10,792 bases of DNA, taken from positions 1-10,792 of the forward strand of contig JABCSY010000123.1 of the NCBI GenBank assembly GCA_018238625.1. Direction: 5' to 3'. The stretch's first letter is position 1. Each line of letters begins with the position of its first letter. The position numbers and the translations under genes are program-made. Shown here piece after piece: positions 8,102-10,792 of the stretch. The notes under the pieces are model-generated. The model saw only the letters and a program-made list of their open reading frames with translations. It did not search any database and was not told the origin of the DNA. This stretch comes from Promethearchaeota archaeon. GTDB lineage: Archaea; Asgardarchaeota; Lokiarchaeia; Sigyniarchaeales; SOKP01.

Positions 8102-9052
8102 ATGAACGTAAAAAACATTAAAGGCCGTACTGAATACAATTCAGGTCAATTTGTAGGGTATGTTTTGTGGAAACAATCAGATGGATTTCATTTGAGATGG
8201 ACCACGAAAGGAAGTAAACCACAGAACTTCCAAGGAAAAATAATTTGTGAAGATAAAGTTATGATTACAAAAAGGGTTAGACCTAAAACAAAGGTAGACA
8301 CAAGAGAAAAAAACACAATTGGATGGGACGCTATATTAGAAGGTCAAGAAGATGGATTTGATTTCCGTACTCCAGGAAATTTCACAGTTGATTTAAGGAT
8401 AAAAAAGAAGAATATAAAAACAAAAAATATTTTTTTAGGTCCAAACCTGACACAACCAGAGAGTAATCCCTTTACAATCATTCAAAAAATTGCTGAAAGG
8501 AAATTAGAAGTAGATACAAAGAAAGTAAAAAAAGAGCCTAAGAAAAAAGTAGAAAAAGTGATTAAAGAAACAAAGCCTGAACCCGAACCTGAGCCAGTAT
8601 ATGAGCCTACTCCTGAACCCGAACCAGAGCCAGTATATGAACCTACTCCAGAACCCGAACCAGAGCCAGTATATGAACCTACTCCAGAACCCGAACCTGA
8701 GCCAGTATATGAACCTACTCCAGAACCCGAACCAGAGCCAGTGTATGAACCCACTCCTGAACCTGAACCTGAGCCAGTGTATGAACCCACTCCTGAACCT
8801 GAACCAGAGCCAGTGTATGAACCCACTCCTGAACCCGAACCAGAGCCAGTGTATGAACCCACTCCAGAACCTGAAATAGAGCCCGAAACAAGAATAACCG
8901 CGTGGTTAAACCAGCTTCAAACATATAGAAAATATGAACCCGAAGCGGATATCGAACCGGAACCAGTATATGAACCTACACCAGAACCAGAAATAGAAAA
9001 AACCGAAGAAAGTGAAGAAGAAACAAGTGAAAACGAATCCATCGAAGAATAA
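8102..9052 (+). CDS. Hypothetical protein: beta-rich N-terminal domain, Lys-rich linker, ([12 protein letters not shown])8 repeat and acidic tail
   Basis: 316-aa ORF with a complex N-terminal ~125 aa ([17 protein letters not shown]...DGFDF...IFLG...PFTI) in frame with the repeat; no signal peptide or TM segment. Confidence 0.85.
   Translation: MNVKNIKGRTEYNSGQFVGYVLWKQSDGFHLRWTTKGSKPQNFQGKIICEDKVMITKRVRPKTKVDTREKNTIGWDAILEGQEDGFDFRTPGNFTVDLRIKKKNIKTKNIFLGPNLTQPESNPFTIIQKIAERKLEVDTKKVKKEPKKKVEKVIKETKPEPEPEPVYEPTPEPEPEPVYEPTPEPEPEPVYEPTPEPEPEPVYEPTPEPEPEPVYEPTPEPEPEPVYEPTPEPEPEPVYEPTPEPEPEPVYEPTPEPEIEPETRITAWLNQLQTYRKYEPEADIEPEPVYEPTPEPEIEKTEESEEETSENESIEE
8576..8863 (+). repeat. Coding tandem repeat, 8 x 36 bp
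   Basis: Unit CCW GAA CCY GAA CCW GAG CCA GTR TAT GAR CCY ACT, contiguous without spacers, differing only at third codon positions; a detached partial copy is at 8954-8998. Confidence 0.97.
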
Positions 9053-9088
9053 GTAGGAACTTTGAAATAAGTGTTGCGATAACCTAAA

Positions 9089-9529
9089 CTATCTGATTTT
9101 ATCTTTTTTAATATTTCGGGAGAGATATATTAAGAAAATTAAAATAACTAATCCAAAAATCGCGATAAACGTAAAAATCGCGTAAATATTAATTTCAACA
9201 ACGTATCCGGCTATGATAGGGGTGATACCGAAGCCCATTCCTATTAATATTTCGTTTATAGTCGAATATTTAGCTGTATTTTTTGCAGTTCCATACTCGA
9301 GCATAATTTTCAATGCAGTTCCATGGATTAAACCAAAGAATAGCCCTACAACCATAATTATTATCGAGATATACCAAATATCTCCAATAAAAAGAATTGA
9401 TGTTGATATCAAAATAACTGCAATTAAACTTATCATTACGGATATTTTGCGCCTATAGATTTTCATCACGTTAATCCAAGTTAAACCTATAACTTGTGCT
9501 AATTGCAATCCCGCTTGTACGATATACAT
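9089..9529 (-). pseudogene. 5'-truncated MFS transporter, paralog of the C-terminal third of 6688-7971
   Basis: Aligns without gaps to the last ~145 aa of the neighbouring MFS (about 79 identities by manual count; GLTW, LKIM, KYSTINE, EINIYAIF, LIYLSRNIKK). An in-frame TAA at 9539-9541 lies four codons upstream of the ATG, and no further MFS sequence is seen upstream. Confidence 0.75.
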
Positions 9530-9623
9530 TAGATAGAATTATTCTCTAAATCAATTAAATACTTTATCCCTTTAATTAGATTAACTTTTTTTTGATTATA
9601 TTACCCATTTTTCTTATATTTAG

Positions 9624-9964
9624 AGAACAAGTCTCAAAAATTTAAAGAAGTTTATTTTTGTTAGCTATAAAAATGTGGAAAATCAATTTATTCTCTGATT
9701 TAATGCTGAAGATAAAGACATATATGAAATAAAGTATCATTTAGAATTTAGAATTCCTAATAATGTCCTTTTAAGTGAATTTTCACTTATCACCACTAAC
9801 TGCTCAGTGGACTTAGTTGTTATAGGTCCGGATAATCTTCAAAGGAGTAAGGGATTGTATGAAATTCCAAATTCGGTACACACGAGTATGATCTTGATCA
9901 AGGCGGTTCACCTGAAGTCTTTATTCTAATATCAAAAAGAGAAATAGGAAATTATTTAATATAG
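9624..9964 (+). pseudogene. Possible decayed gene fragment
   Basis: Stop-free frame 9699-9929 (FNAEDKDIYEIKYHLEFRIPNNVLLSEFSLITTNCSVDLVVIGP...) has no good start and continues upstream through a TGA at 9696-9698. A second frame (HEYDLDQGGSPEVFILISKREIGNYLI*) ends at 9964. Confidence 0.35.
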
Positions 9965-10792
9965 GTAATATCAGAAGTCGAAACCTTCCCTACGGACACA
10001 TTTTCTCTCGAAGTTTCGACAGGCAATTTATTCTTCTTTTTTTTGATAAGAAAAATAACAGCAAATAAGGAAACTAATGTTATTACTTCAAGTTCATAAC
10101 CTGGAATACCATTATTACCACCAGAAATCCCAGTTACTTTTACTTCAACCGTATCACTAGCACTATTTCCAGTTTTATCATAAACAGTTATAGTGTATTC
10201 ATATGTCCCATTTTCTAAGCCATCGATATTGATAACGATATCAACAGCAGATTCCCAATCTTCACTTTTTTTAAATACTCCATCAATATAAAGATCATAA
10301 TAATCAGGATTAGAATCGGTTGCTACCCAAGTAATATTATTACCTTCTTCACCTGCTTTATAGTAAACATCTTCTGGTTCTGAAATGATAGGATCATCAG
10401 TATCATCCTCAATTATTTCATTAACATTTACTATTACAGTATCCGTAGCGAAATTACCACCAACATCGTATACGGTAATTACGTAAGTATAAGTTCCATA
10501 GGAAAGCCCGTCAACGTCAACCGTAAAGGTTTGACCATCGACCCAATTACCTGCCTCGACTTCGGTTCCGTCTTTGGTAATCGAATAGGTAGCGGGGTTT
10601 AGGTCGTTCGCCGTCCAAGCGACCTCGTTTCCCGTATCTCCCTCGTTATAGGCAACGTCGGCGGGATGAGTTAATATGGGGTTAGTTCCGTCGACAACGG
10701 TTACTATTACAGTGTCCGTAGCGAAATTACCACCAACATCGTATACGGTAATTACGTAAGTATAGGTCCCATAGGAAAGCCCGTCAACGTCT
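9952..10792 (-). CDS. 3' part of a large cell-surface protein with ~91-aa Ig-like repeats and an IPGY-TM-basic (Loki-CTERM-like) sorting signal; 5' end lies beyond the window
   Basis: Manually translated open frame from 10791 to the TAA at 9954-9952 (279 aa visible): DVDGLSYGTYTYVITVYDVGGNFATDTVIVTVVDGTNPILTHPADVAYNEGDTGNEVAWTANDLNPATYSITKDG...GIPGYELEVITLVSLFAVIFLIKKKKNK...YIK*. Absent from the ORF track. Confidence 0.92.
   Translation of the reverse strand, partial: DVDGLSYGTYTYVITVYDVGGNFATDTVIVTVVDGTNPILTHPADVAYNEGDTGNEVAWTANDLNPATYSITKDGTEVEAGNWVDGQTFTVDVDGLSYGTYTYVITVYDVGGNFATDTVIVNVNEIIEDDTDDPIISEPEDVYYKAGEEGNNITWVATDSNPDYYDLYIDGVFKKSEDWESAVDIVINIDGLENGTYEYTITVYDKTGNSASDTVEVKVTGISGGNNGIPGYELEVITLVSLFAVIFLIKKKKNKLPVETSRENVSVGKVSTSDITYIK
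10027..10107 (-). other. C-terminal protein-sorting signal IPGY - hydrophobic helix - KKKKNK
   Basis: Tripartite motif/TM/basic-cluster structure, as in PGF-CTERM and Loki-CTERM signals, preceded by the Gly linker GISGGNNG. Confidence 0.75.
10428..10791 (-). repeat. 273-bp-period intragenic domain repeat
   Basis: 10701-10791 matches 10428-10518 at 88 of 91 nt, and all three differences are synonymous (GGG/GGA, ACC/ACT, GAC/GAT). A third, diverged domain occupies about 10130-10400. Confidence 0.93.

Noticed and set aside
8576-8863. 36-bp repeats as a CRISPR array
   Set aside because: The units are contiguous with no spacers, are in frame within a CDS, vary only at wobble positions, and no cas genes are present.
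8482-8924. Alternative ORFs over the repeat (8482-8862 - Gly/Ser silk-like; 8601-8879 + N/Q-rich; 8715-8924 -)
   Set aside because: They are shadows of a stop-poor repeat. Only the Pro/Glu frame is continuous with a complex domain and has a start outside the repeat; the latter two also show amino-acid changes between units.
9213-9458. 81-aa + strand ORF
   Set aside because: Antisense shadow of the MFS fragment, whose frame is supported by paralogy.
9675-10020. Selenoprotein (GTG 9675, in-frame TGA 9696, downstream hairpin as SECIS)
   Set aside because: The TGA is not in a redox-motif context (FIL*FN fits a Trp-to-stop mutation better), and the hairpin lacks the AUGA/GA core of eukaryote-like SECIS elements.
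10428-10791. Near-identical 91-nt pair as a diversity-generating retroelement TR/VR
   Set aside because: Both copies lie in one ORF at the domain period, the three differences are synonymous, and no reverse transcriptase is in the window.
1-10792. Whole window as one operon, defence island or mobile element
   Set aside because: Gene orientations alternate, functions are unrelated, and no integrase, transposase, terminal repeats or tRNA attachment site is visible.

Overview
AT-rich archaeal-type chromosomal window, most consistent with an Asgard archaeon (Lokiarchaeia-like). This is inferred from an IPGY-TM-basic C-terminal sorting signal, ~91-aa Ig-like repeats, an archaeal RHH/PIN toxin-antitoxin pair, GGTGA/GAGGT ribosome-binding motifs and oligo-T tracts after genes. 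Gene order: PLP alpha-oxoamine synthase (kbl-like), small membrane protein, secreted protein (-), vapBC pair, DEDD/RNase_H_2 exonuclease (-), Gly-rich membrane protein, class I SAM methyltransferase, 10-Cys membrane protein, full MFS transporter (-), a protein with eight tandem [12 protein letters not shown] repeats, a 5'-truncated paralog of the MFS (-), a probable decayed gene fragment, and the 3' end of a large Ig-like-repeat surface protein (-) that the ORF track missed. No rRNA, tRNA, CRISPR array, transposase or integrase is recognisable, and the genes do not obviously form one system. The best candidates for something new are the ([12 protein letters not shown])8 protein with repeated EPVYE tyrosine motifs, the Cys-cluster membrane protein and the GC-mosaic repeat surface protein. 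All family calls come from motif recognition by eye; no searches were run.
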